Shown here: piece by piece, positions 50,168 through 62,048 of the stretch | Numbering within the stretch: the first letter of the stretch is position 1 | Layout: each line of letters opens with the position of its first letter | Source: Callorhinchus milii | Taxonomy: Eukaryota | Length of the DNA: 64,000 nucleotides | Reading direction: 5' to 3' | Assembly: GCF_018977255.1 (NCBI RefSeq) | Contig: NW_024704743.1 | Coordinates: 56,732,001 to 56,796,000 of the forward strand | Notes under the pieces: generated by a model | Databases searched by the model: none | Told to the model about the DNA's origin: nothing | Seen by the model: the letters and a program-made list of their open reading frames with translations, nothing else | Program-made: the position numbers and the translations under genes

Positions 50168-53100
50168 AGTAACTAACAGATTAGTCTCTATACATTTATC
50201 TATGCATATTATTACCATCACTTAGGTTTAGGTAAAACCTAGACAGGCCAAGAAGGAAGCCCTGAAGGAACCCGAGCGGCAAGCCCCTGGATCTGAGGCA
50301 AAAACCATCAACTTCTTGCTCTGCTTTTGGTTACCTCAGTAAGATTCAAATCAATTCATGATTGATGGTAAAAAGCAAAGATGTATGCAATTTGTTCCAC
50401 AAAATTACTGAATTAACTGCATGAAATCGTATTCGTTTCTACAGAGGCTCAACTATGTTATGAAAGTGAAAAATGGCAATCAGAATGCAAGCTTTTCTTT
50501 GAAATCAGATTGGGAACTGCTAGGGAGATCCTTGAGTGTTGAAACGTGACCTCCTGCTGCAACTTAAAATGAGAGGAGACTTGCTTTGAAAATTGTTCTT
50601 ATCTCAGTGCTCCTCAGGTCTTCTGCACTATTACCATCTTCAAATCATTAAAGAATGTGCTGGTTCTAAATGATTGATTAAACAGATGAGCCGGTGCATG
50701 TGCTAAAAAACCTCCCAAGAGCTTTTGAATTTTAGAGTCCCAATTAAAGCAATCCATTACTTGTTAGTTGGTGGGTATTCTTTCATCTTGTTTTCATTAA
50801 ATCCTTTACATTTAAATGATCTTTCCCTGTTTTATTACCTGTCACAAAACCTGAACTTTCAAAGAGATACCCTTATTAGGCATAACAGATTTAAATTTCA
50901 GGATTTAAATGTGGATTTCTTGTACATTTGTTGCAATGCAATAAAATTCTGTTTGTGTTGAAGATAAATTCCAGGTCTCTGATTGTTTGATTTCTTTTAA
51001 AATTTGTAAATTATATACACCACCAATGTAAGATTTTCAAATAATAAATTAAAGTGTAATCCCAAATGCATTGCTAAATCAGTTCCGTTTGGATCCCCAA
51101 ATTTATTCTCAAGCTGTACAATGCTTGATCAGGTTACAGATGGGCTGAAAGGCACGCTCGCCTCACAAACGAGAGGACCCAGGTTCGAATCCTAGGTGGG
51201 GAGAAACCTTAAGCAATTTTCTTTACTCCATACACCTCTGTTTACCTAGCAGTAAGTAGGAACTCAGTAGTTAATCGATCGTGGTAATAATCCCTCCAAA
51301 AAATAATCCACAGCTGTTTGTAGGACACTGCTATGTGCAGTTGGCTCTGCGTTTTCCCACACAATATACACTTAATAGTATATTCTGTGAAGCACTTTGA
51401 GAAGTTTGAATGACGTGATAAGGCGTTATATCAAATACAAAGATTATTATAAAATTATAAAGGCCTTCTTCACTCTTGTGATCAATAATCCCATAACAAA
51501 TGCTTCATTCTTATCTTTTATAATTTTATAGGGAATCACTGGCTGATTATATTTTAATTAGAAGGCTTATTGTAGCTTTCAGCGCCTTGGGACGTCCTCC
51601 TGACGTGAAAGGCGCTTTATAAATGGAATCTTGTTGTTGTTGATGTTGTTATTCCAGATTGTGAAGGGGATGTTTGAGTAGGAGGGGTGACTGAGTGGAG
51701 TGAGACTTTGGTTACCCCATAAAATCTATCGCAATTATTATAGCAGTTGACATTAATGTATCTGTCTCTTTGAGGCTCTCCACAGTGTGAGTGTAGCTCC
51801 TGCAGTTCACTATACTGCCCATGTACTGTCAGGTTTACATTTGCAATGTTATTTGTTTCTTTGATGCTTCGCTTCCCATTCCCAGGAGTCAAGCTTGCTC
51901 TATGCACTTGGCTGAACCATTCAGATGAGTGGCAGAAAACACATTTCAGAGACAACTTGTGGGGTTGAAAACTGGGACAACTGTGGTGGAGCAGAGATCA
52001 TTGAGTACAATTGGGACCACTATGGGTGTAGCAGTTCCAGAGGGGAGGGTGTGTACATCTTTGCTTATTCTATTGACCAACCTAGGAATTATGTCTGCAT
52101 TAATTGAATGTAAGCCAAACCTGACTTGTATGCAGTTTGGGAGATTATTGGAGATTTTCAAAGCTATTTTTAAATATGGCTGTTTAATACAAACTATTAG
52201 ATCCCACCCAGGTAAAGATGGTCAATTTCCCATCACCGTTGCCAATACCTCGCAAACAGAACTTTACTCTTTCTGCATATTATCAGTTTATGAGCAAACT
52301 TCAATTTGTATGGATCATAATTATATAATTCAGGATTGTATTTCAGTATACTTCTGTAGGATTACCTGCAGACCTGTGCTAATACCATAGAAAATTGATT
52401 CCAATGGCTCACAGAGCTGAACAATAAACTATCCTGTCAAGTGTTCAGTCTCACATATTAGATATAAAGTATGTTGAGTCACATAGTGGATTAAAACAAA
52501 TCATTTCACCTTTTAGAAGAAGAAAAAGTCTTCTATTAAATAAAAATAATAATTCTTGTATTTAATACAATTTCAATTTCATCTTAAAAAGGATTAACCC
52601 GCAAAGCGTAGTGAATATGTATTTTGTAGCCGGATGCATCAGCCGATTTGTCCTACAAACAGGCATGAAGGAAATGCACAATTTTGTTTGGGGGATTGTT
52701 GGCCAGGATGCTGGGAGAAACTCTATCCTCTTTTCGAATTGTGTTATTGGATCTTTAATATCCCTAAACGGTTTAATGTCTCATCCAAAGGACGGCATTT
52801 CCAACAATACAGCACACTGTTATCGGTATTGGAGTGGTTATGGAGTGTTAGGCAGGACTGGGATGTCTTTCTGATGTGAAGGGTGCTAAACAAGTGTGCT
52901 TTGTTATTGTTGTTTAAAGTCCTGACCTAGTGCTTGCATCCACAACCTTTTGTCTCAGAGATACGATCGCCACCAACTGAGACAGGCTGACACATACTGA
53001 GGCCACCAACTGAGGCAGGATGCCCATGATCAACCCCAATTCTGAAATCTCTCACAGAGTATCCCCTGCACTCCAAGCTATTTCTAACTTCCAAAATAAT

Positions 53101-53384
53101 GACTAATATCAAAAAAAGCTCCAAAAGAAACTCCCAAAGCTTTCCAGGAAATAACTTGATTTGTGCCATTATCCCACCTCCTCTGGTAAGACTTTGACCA
53201 CTCTGTAACACCAAATCAGTTAACACAATTGCAGTGAATATAAGCACTACAAGTAACAGTGAAAGATGTGCCTACATGATTATGTGTATAATAAGAACAT
53301 AAGAACATAAGAAATGCTAGACGAAAAAAGACCAAGGTCCATCTAGTTCACCTTCCACCTTCTGGCATGGATACGCAAAATGAA

Positions 53385-53737
53385 ATAACAATAACCTTTG
53401 TATTTGATATAGTGCCTGATCACATCCTCAAGACATCTCAGCATACACTGCAAAGTGGTGTGACTGTGTTGATTTTGTGGACAGCCAATTTGAACGTAAC
53501 AATGTCACACAAGCACCCAAGGTGTGTGATCAATTTAATTTAAGTGGACGCCAGGAGAAGCTCCCTTCTCTTTTTGAATAATACCACGGATTCTTTTACA
53601 TCTTTGACGTCCATAAAACATCACAGGTTGCAGTTTTCATTCCTGTATTGTTTAACTCTACCTGCATAAGCACAGGAAATAACAATTGTGTGCACAGAGG
53701 ATGGGACCTCGGGTTAACGTCTTATCCAAAGAACAGC
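53385..53737 (-). mobile_element. Deu-domain SINE interrupted by a ~100-bp insert (pieces 53385-53603 and 53702-53737)
   Basis: CTTTTTGAATAATACCACGGATTCTTTTACATC, then GGGACCTCGGGTTAACGTCTTATCCAAA after the insert. Confidence 0.62.
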
Positions 53738-53949
53738 TTATTAATGGCTTAGTTTATTTTTCCCCAGAAAGGAACAAGCTGGGTGCAATGTTTTACCTTC
53801 AGCTTTTTCATGAAGAATCTTCATCTTGTGTTCTGACAGTTATAGAACCACTTTGGGTCAAATATGAAATATCACGTGACTTTGACTGCGGTCACTTTGA
53901 ACTGTTAGAAAATCGTGGCACTTGTGAAAAAATTCTAATTGTGGGCACA

Positions 53950-54620
53950 AAGTGACAAAGATCTGGAAAGAGACTGGTTCAGTTTCTGGTCTGTGCTCAG
54001 TTGGGGTAGCTGTGGGAATGCTATAATTGGGCTTGGGAGACAGATAATTAGCTAAGGTTCGCAGTGGATCGGATGAGCCCTGCTAGAGAGCATGAGTGTG
54101 TTTGTATGTGTGCATGTATGTTAGGTAAGAACATTCCCGGGCCAGGCAAAACCTTAGGCAAGTTTCCTTACTCCACACGTCTCTGTTTACCTAACAGGAA
54201 ATATGAATCTGTTTGTTAGTCAATTGGTGGATCACTTTCCGGGAGTAATAATTCCTTCAAAAAAAATGTGTTCACTAAATCCACAATTGTTTGTGGGACA
54301 CTGCAGTGCCCAATTAGCTTCTGTGTTATGCCCACAAAATACACAGTCAATTCTCTTTACAGTATATTCTGTGAACCGCATGAAGGCATCGCAATGATGT
54401 GATAAGACGCTATATCAAATGCAAGGATTATTATTATTATTATTATGATTGCTGTCAGCTCTAATGCCCTTATGTTTAAATTGACCAGTGCTAATCACAG
54501 CTAGGTTTACCGCTATAGAATGGCTTCATGAGCTATGTATCAGTGGGCTGTAGCCAACTACAGAACCGTATCTCAGCATGAGCTGTCAACTGCAGGAGAG
54601 AAGCGATAAAGAGAGAAGAT
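53950..54620 (+). mobile_element. Old SINE-like repeat (family of 3196-4330) split by a younger SINE
   Basis: CTGGTCTGTGCTCAG..GCTATAATTGG before 54132 and AGGTTTAC..AGAATGG..CAGCATGAG after 54446. Confidence 0.55.
54133..54445 (+). mobile_element. tRNA-derived SINE, 5'-truncated
   Basis: ACCTTAGGCAAGTTTCCTTACTCCACACG core; ATCAAATGCAAGG(ATT)n tail. Confidence 0.9.
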
Positions 54621-54854
54621 CGGACCCAGTTCCACTGTGCACACAATTGTTATTTCCTCCGCTTATGTTGGTAGAGTTGAAACATATTTGAGTGAAAATT
54701 GCAAACTATGATGTTTTGTTCAGCAAATTATTGACAATTCTACACTGCTGATAGTCAATACTGACCAATGCCAAGTTCGAATTGGCACATGATCTCTGGA
54801 GCTCAGATTGAGGGATCAAGCAGCTGCTTTTTTCAAGTAATTTCTCAAAGCATA

Positions 54855-55001
54855 CATGTCTGACCATGCTTTCGGTCATTTTTCCTCTCCCCATCCCTCT
54901 CAGCTCCCCCCCTCAGCCTGGGTGCCCAGCCAGCATGAATGTGCTTTGGGATGTCCTCCCAGTTTGAAAGACGCTATATAAATATAAATTGTGTTATATT
55001 G
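54855..55001 (+). mobile_element. L2 3' UTR fragment
   Basis: TGACCATGCTTTCGGTCA, C-rich tract, GCTTTGGGATGTCCTCCC..AAAGACGCTATATAAAT. Confidence 0.75.
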
Positions 55002-56229
55002 TATACAGAGAACATTGGCAACTCATTGCAGATCAAAATGAGTAGATTGGCAAAAATAGTTGGACTGTTGCGATCCAAGGATGAAATAGCAATGAAGATA
55101 TTGAAGGCTGACTGGTCAGGCGAGTTAGGAATAATGCAAGGCTGTGTGAGATAGGGAGGGACTCCAACACCTGGTAGACAAGAAAAAGTTTCGGGGGGTT
55201 TCTGAATTTGTTACTGTTTCTGTTTTGTGTGAATAAATCCATCATCATTAAAAGTTCATCCATATATCCATTTAAGATGGAATCCAATTGTCTTTATTCT
55301 CCCAGCCTCAACCTCCCACAGGGATGTGCCTCCAACCCCCAACTGCTGTCACAGTATTGATAGCCAGAAGATGACTAATGCCATCCATCGGACCTGTGCA
55401 TCATATCTCTGAACAATACTGATTTTAATCTGATTTGTTATTGAGTTAAGATGATATCCTGCTAACTTTGCAGTTGGTTTGGGGCGGAGGGGGGGATTCG
55501 AGGGTCGGGGGGTGGAAGGATCATAGCCATGAACCAATTAATAAAGGACTGAATTTTCACCCCATTATATCTGGGGTTTGGATAATCAGGAAATATACTG
55601 GGATCAATCTATGACGCCTATTAGACTAAAAATCTAACAAATGAAGATGAGCTGGTGTAAATTCAACATTTCTTGGTAGTAATTGATCTGAGATCTATTA
55701 CATGCACAATTTATTTAGGTATTCTTTCTCTCATACTTTGTTTATACTGTGTCAGTCTGCTGGTGAAATGCTTTCATAAGCAAAGCATTATTGTGTATAA
55801 ATCCGAACCAATTTCTTTAGATAGAGATGGAAACCGGTGTCACTGTCCAGTAGAAAACTAACTTTTCCAGGACTAGTCTGGTGTTTATCTGCAAAGAATC
55901 CTATCCTTTCAGTGCTGCTGACAACAAATTGTTGGCAAACTTGTAATTGATCTCTGCCAGGATAAGAGTCAACTTAGCAGCAGTGGTGAGTGTATGAATG
56001 GCCTATTGTAGCAGACAAGTTACACAGGTAAGTTCACGATAGGAATGCAATAATATTATGTGCAATTGAAAACACAACAAAGGAAAATTATAATTTTTAC
56101 TGTAGTGCATGTTCTGACATGAAAAAGGGATTATATTACAGTTCAAAGGCTTTAGTTTCACAAATACAAGAGTGTTTTTGTACTAAGGACAACCACCAAA
56201 TCTTTGGAGGGGGAAAGGAGTTCCTTGAT

Positions 56230-56373
56230 GACGAGAGTTGGCTGCTGCTTTGCATATTTATGTTCACTTACCAAACACACATTCACCTAGAAAAATGCAC
56301 AGTAAATTCTGTGAAGCACTTTGAGGCGTCCTCCCATTGCGAAAGGGACAGAATCAAATGCAAGGATTATTAC
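56230..56373 (+). mobile_element. SINE 3' fragment
   Basis: TTCTGTGAAGCACTTTGAG..ATCAAATGCAAGGATTATTA. Confidence 0.7.
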
Positions 56374-57153
56374 TGTAAATACCATCGTGGTTTTAATTAG
56401 AAAACTAAAATTGACCTTTTGAGATTGATTATGTTAATGCTGAGATCCATCTCAGTTATTAAGCAAATTATGAAATACTCAGCAATGTCATTGGAGCAAT
56501 AGGATAATTGGAGGGAAAAACAACCCCTAAAGGCAGGTGACAATTATTTAATAAACTTTCAAAATATATTTTTGTGTACTTTCTGTGTGCTTCATTTCCA
56601 TAAAGCAATTTTGCATATCTCTGAGTGCCCTATATATGCATAGACTCGAATCAACAAAATGCCAACAAGCAGATTAATCAAGTACAGTATTATCCAAAAA
56701 TGATTGCATCGAAATCATTTCAATTTATTTTGTTTAGAATATCTGCTCACTTGATCTCTGGTCTGCAATATCTTTACCTGAAAGGATAAGTCTTATTTCT
56801 TCTGGAGGAAATGATTATTTGGAAAATGCACTGACATTATGGAGCCTGTTTTTAGCTTACCGGAGGCTTATTCCATTTGGACGTTAATCCTGCAGCTCTG
56901 AGTTCAGTGTAGAGAAGGGAGAGATGGTGCTGTTGGATAATTATCCCGAGGGTACACACTAAATATATCTGACAGTGAATAAGTGAATTCTGACAGATAT
57001 ATCTGACAGTGAATAACATCTGTCAGATGTTTGACAGACAACCAGCAGGGTAACTGAACCAATGCTAAGTTCTCTCAGTGTACATCAGTTAAGGGAGAAT
57101 TGATTTTAACTGCATTGCTGAAATGCAGTATTTGCTCACATTCTTTTGCACAA

Positions 57154-58630
57154 CATAAGAACATAAAAACATAAGAAACGCTAGACAAAATAAGACTAAG
57201 GTCCATCTAGTTCGCCTTCCACTTTCCTGGCGGTCGCACACACATATATCCCAAACTACCTGTGTACTATATCCCATAAGTTATTTCCTAAAAAAAACGA
57301 ATCTGTGTTCGAAAGAATTAACACTTCCTGGTTCAACCATTTCCCTAGGCAGCCTGTTCCTTCAGCGCCTTGGGACATCCTCCTGACGTGAAAGGCGCTC
57401 TATAAATGGAATCTTGTTGTCGTTGTTGTTCCACGGGTTCACTATTCGCTCACTGAAATAGTGTTTGCATAGATTCGTTCTGAATTTACCCCACTTCAAT
57501 TGCAGGCCGTGTCCTCTGGTTTTACAATTCTGTACAAATTGAAACAGTTTATCATGATCTATATTGTTTTGCCCCTTTAGAATCTTAAAGACAGCAATAA
57601 TGTCACCTCTCAATCTTTTCTTTTCCAGTGTGATCATGCCCAATTTACTTAGTCACTCCTCATAGTCCAGTCCTTCCATTCCCTCAATCATTTTGGTTGC
57701 CCTCATCTGTATCTTCTCAATTTCTCCAATATCCTTTTTATACTGCAGCAACCAGAACTGTACACAGTACTCTAATAAGGTCTTACCAATGATTTATACA
57801 GTGGCAGGATTACCCCATTATTTCGGCTTGCTATTGATCTGTTGATACATCCCAACATCTTTACTCACTGTCACAGAGCATTGTTGGGAGAGCTTCAATT
57901 TATTGTCAATCATTTTCCATACATATTATTTTCCTTCCATTCAAATAATAGTCCCTTCCAGGAATTTTTGTCCCATGTGAAGTACTTTGCATTTCTCCAC
58001 ATTGAATTTCATCTGCCACCGATCTGCAGTATGTTCAAATTCTATTGCAGCCAATCTTGCTCAACTTCGCAATCTACCACCTTCATTAGCTTGGTGTCAT
58101 CTGCAAACATAGCCACTGTGCTTGCAACTCCTAGTTTCAGATCATTTATAAAAATATTAAACAAAAGAGGCCCAAAAGCAGACCCTTGTGGAACTCCACT
58201 GGTGACATTTTCCCAATCTGATGACATTCCCTGTACCACCATCCTCTGGGTTCTTCCAGCCAACCAATTCTCTATATTCATTGTACTACACCTCCACTGA
58301 TTCCCGCTTTCTTTACTTTCAGTACCAGCCTCTCAAGAGAAACTGTATCAAAGGCCTTACTGAAATACAGATACACATCATCCACAGCCTTACCCTTATC
58401 AAGCTCCCTTCTCACACTGTCAAAGAAAAACAGTAAATTAGATGAGCAAGACCTTCCCTTTATGAACCCACATTGGCTATCATTTATGATTTTATTTCTG
58501 TCCAGATGCTCCATGATTTTATTCTTAATAAGAGTCTCCATAATTTTATCCACAATGGACGTCAAACTTACTGGTCTGTAGTTTTCTGGGTCACTTTTGT
58601 GACCTTTCTTAAAGATAGGAACAACATGGG
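57154..58630 (-). mobile_element. CR1 LINE, 5'-truncated and frameshifted (second subfamily)
   Basis: [49 protein letters not shown] motifs; (TTCTTATG)-type tail at 57154-57176. Confidence 0.95.
57361..57426 (+). mobile_element. Ultra-short L2 3'-end insertion inside the CR1, 6-bp TSD TGTTCC
   Basis: TGTTCC at 57355-57360 and 57427-57432 flanks the L2 hairpin plus tail. Confidence 0.9.
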
Positions 58631-59964
58631 GTGAAAAATTTTGTGTGTGATGTGACAATTATTGCTGGTAATATTTATCCTATAATTAAAAACTGTGATT
58701 CCAAACTTGCCTTTAACTGTCATCAGGGTTAGGAGTGAACCTGCCCTCTCCTCACCCATTTCTCTTCTTCCCCTTCAAAGGGAAGCAGGCAGGAATATCT
58801 GTGTAATTCAATCACAATTCGGCTGGTAATCCAAGTAATAAGAACAACAATAGCTTAACTCAGAGAATTTGATCAGCTTTGGACTAAACTGTGGTGCTGA
58901 AGTCAGATGGGCACTCGCTGCCAAACCTGTCAATAGTTAATGACTACAGAGGAATTATGCTGCTATGGTAATTATCACCAGCAATAAGTATCAGATCACA
59001 TATTACATTTTTCACACCAATGTGTTTTATAGATTAAAGTGAACAACTGCATGAAGATTTACAATCATATAATACCTGTGAATAAAGGGGTCTGGATGGT
59101 GGTCCTGCATATATTTGGGGGGCAAAATGTTTAAGGGTGAAAATGATGTTTTTTCAGTTTTAGTCTCTGGCAAGATCAACATTTTACGGTGGAATCTTAC
59201 CAAAACAGAACAAGGCTGTAACATTGGTTCAACATGGACAACACAATGAAAATTGTTTCCTGAGTATATACTCTGGTTTCAATAGGGAATGTCACTGGAT
59301 GCAGGAGGAGAACCCTGAGCTCTGAAGGACTGTTAGCCGTGGCCTCAACTCTATCATGTAATTCAGAGGGAATCTGTTTGGGGCCACTGCCAACACTGGC
59401 ACAGACAATGGAAGCAGAACCAGGTACATTTTGCCAGTGTTTCAAGAATGTCCTGTTTGCAGTTCAGCAGGTCTTTCAATGAGCTGAAACAAAGTCAGAA
59501 GTAAGATGAACAGAACAGGAAGATGCTAATGCTATCAAGTTCAAACACACCTACATCTTATATTTAGCTTAAAACCTGGGGTCCAGCACAACAACAACTT
59601 ACATTTATATAGAGCCTTTCACCTCAAAAGAATATTGCAAGGTGCTTGGCACAGTTGACTGGGCACCAAGCTGGGGTGGGGAGCTTAGGAGGATGGAGGG
59701 GAAAAATAACTATATATATAATGAAAAAATGAATGTTTATACTTTCTTCTCAGAGAAATATTTCCACAATTACAGCCAACAAGGGGAGATATGAGTCTAT
59801 GTATAGTGAAAGGTAGAGTTCCTCTGCAGCAAAGGCCCTCATGCCAGCGGATCAAGTGATTGCTCCAGCAAGGGAGCAATGGGGTATAGCTTACTTCGGA
59901 GTAATGGAAGTCCTGGTACTATGGTAGGAATGACCATTGAGCTGAACGGTGTTTAATTTTCCCT

Positions 59965-60158
59965 TGAATACTCTCAAACTCTCTACCTCAATCCCTTTGC
60001 CTTGCAACAAGGGGTCCTTGCCCATCCTCAGATCACATCTGAAGACCTTCCTCTTTAACTGGGCCTAGGGTCACCTCTCCCCAACTCAGCGTCAAACTCT
60101 TTCATTGTTAAGATGCTACCCGTGTGAAGGGTGAATATAAAAGCAAATTATTGTTGAT
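59965..60158 (+). mobile_element. Degraded L2 3' fragment
   Basis: CACATCTGAAGACCTTCCTCTTTAAC; GTGAAGGGTGAATATAAAAGCAAATTATTGTTG. Confidence 0.7.
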
Positions 60159-61309
60159 TACACATTCTCTTCAGTGTCAGTGAAAGATGGCCATGTGATC
60201 TTTCAGTCTCCCCACTGCCCCTCCACCAGGACCTCAGCACCAGCAGCATCAGCACATGACTGACATCTTCGAAGAGGATGTCAGCACCTACAGTGCCCAG
60301 GAGAAGGAAGTGGATGGATGGAGGAAGAGGGTGACAATGGCTTGATGACATCTTCCTCGTCCGGAAAGCCTAGCCACTCTTCTACATACACATGACCGTC
60401 CAACTCTGCAGCAAAATTCGGATCACCCAGATCAAGGTAAATAATGGGATAACACGTGGTGAAGCACCAAATGCTTCTGAGGTGAAGATGAAAACAGACA
60501 AGAACAGCAGCTGCACAGTGAGATACTTTCAGACTGGGGTGTCTCGAGGTACAGCTGCTGTTTGTTCCTGGGGTGAGAAGAGGTACCTCCAATAAACAGG
60601 CACTAAACACTCACAGGAATTTACAATGTATAATTAATGCCTGTTTTCCCCTAAATTCCCCAAATTAGATCAGCAATCTTAGTTTACATAAATTAATGTA
60701 ATGCATGGAATTTCCATTCCCCCGCAGTGGGCTTTCTTTAGTTTAACTTTATTATCCAACATTAAATATTTTGGATCTTAATAAAGCCTGTATGTGAGTG
60801 AATATATCAGACGTGTTCCCTGTGGAACAATTGCCATACTGTGTAACATATTTAGAAAGAAATGTAATCATATCTTTTATGTACTTTTTTTCCCAATTGT
60901 GTAGTCTGAAAGCAGTTTTATAAATTCTCCAATTATTTTGATTGATAACTTAGTTTAAAAGGCTGAGGTCTGCAGGGATCCTGGTCTGGTACTTTTGCCG
61001 AAGTACAACCTGAGCATAATGCCTCTTTTGGAAGCTTTTTGGATTATTGATGTAGTTCAGCTCCGGGTTAGTCATTTTATGTGATGGTTGTTAAAGCATG
61101 CCTAGTTTGTTGATTGCAGGTTTGTTGATCAAAAAAATATGCTGAAAAGGTACATAATTATAAGAGCCTCCCAGTGCATTAAAATCCTGTGTGACTCATT
61201 TTGTTGAGTATAGGATTTGGAGCGGAATCACTAGTTGGTGTTTTCAGCCTTACAATCTTGATTAAAATGAAAAGCATATCTTCAAAATAACTTCCCTTGG
61301 AGATTAAGG

Positions 61310-61715
61310 TTTATGTTAGTCAGTTCGGTATCTGAAACGTACAGAAATCCATATCTAACCTTAAACATATCCAAACTAGACTGAAAGATCTACACGTATG
61401 CCAAATACACATGAAAATTTCCTGTGGCTGGAATTATATGTGCACTCTCTTCCTGGAGGGACATATCCTGCTTGTCTAATTCTGGAGAGCATTAGGTGGA
61501 GACTGGCAAGAGCCAAAGTTTCAGGTCCCCAGTGTTGGGTACTGCATACCTTGCCATTAAGAGTACTGTCAGGCAAATTTCCCACTTCGTTTCCAGCTAG
61601 AACCACTACAGGCCTTTTGCTTGCAGGGTTAACAAGAGCCCTGTGGAAACAATCCCTGCCCACAGTCTGCTCCATCACGTCCTGCTGACAAGCTAGGCTG
61701 GTTGGTTTATCACCA
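61310..61715 (-). repeat. Unidentified diverged interspersed repeat, copy 3
   Basis: CCTGCTTGTCTAATTCTGGAG..GACTGGCAAGAGCCAA..CTTGCCATT matches 25290-25420. Confidence 0.72.
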
Positions 61716-61729
61716 GCGGTGCCTTGGAC

Positions 61730-62048
61730 TACTGCATCAGGAATCAGACTCTCAGACCACCACAGAGGAGGTCTCGATTCCGACATTCCATTGCCAAGCT
61801 TCTGGAACTCCATCCCGCAATGCCTCTGCCTCGCCTCCTTCCTTGCCTCCTTCAAAATTCATCTCAAGACCCTCCTCTTCGACTATACTTTCCATCACTC
61901 TCCTTCCCCCCACTTCCCTCCACCTTTCCCAGTCCTGACCCCCAGCTCGGGTCCGAAACATTGACTGTCCAGTGCCTTGGGACCATAAGCGTAAACAAGG
62001 TAAACCAGTTTGACGTGAAAGGAGCTATACAAATGTAATGTTGTTGCT
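61730..62048 (+). mobile_element. L2 LINE 3' fragment
   Basis: FWNSIPQCL.LAS..ASFKIHLKTLLFD motif; 3' hairpin with a small insertion; TTG tail. Confidence 0.88.

Larger units (their letters stand above)
32841..53533 (+). repeat. Duplicated block B, copy 2
   Basis: Starts AGCAGTTCTATCGG (=12058) and continues past GTGTGTGATCAA into unique sequence. Confidence 0.97.

Noticed and set aside
12058..53533. Genuine 20.7-kb tandem segmental duplication
   Set aside because: Gap-bounded, near-identical and with abutting breakpoints. An assembly artefact is much more likely until reads show otherwise.
55961..56033. Strong plus-strand donor CAG|GTAAGT (also CAG|GTAAGA at 21988)
   Set aside because: Weak acceptor, no recognisable peptide; isolated donors are expected by chance.
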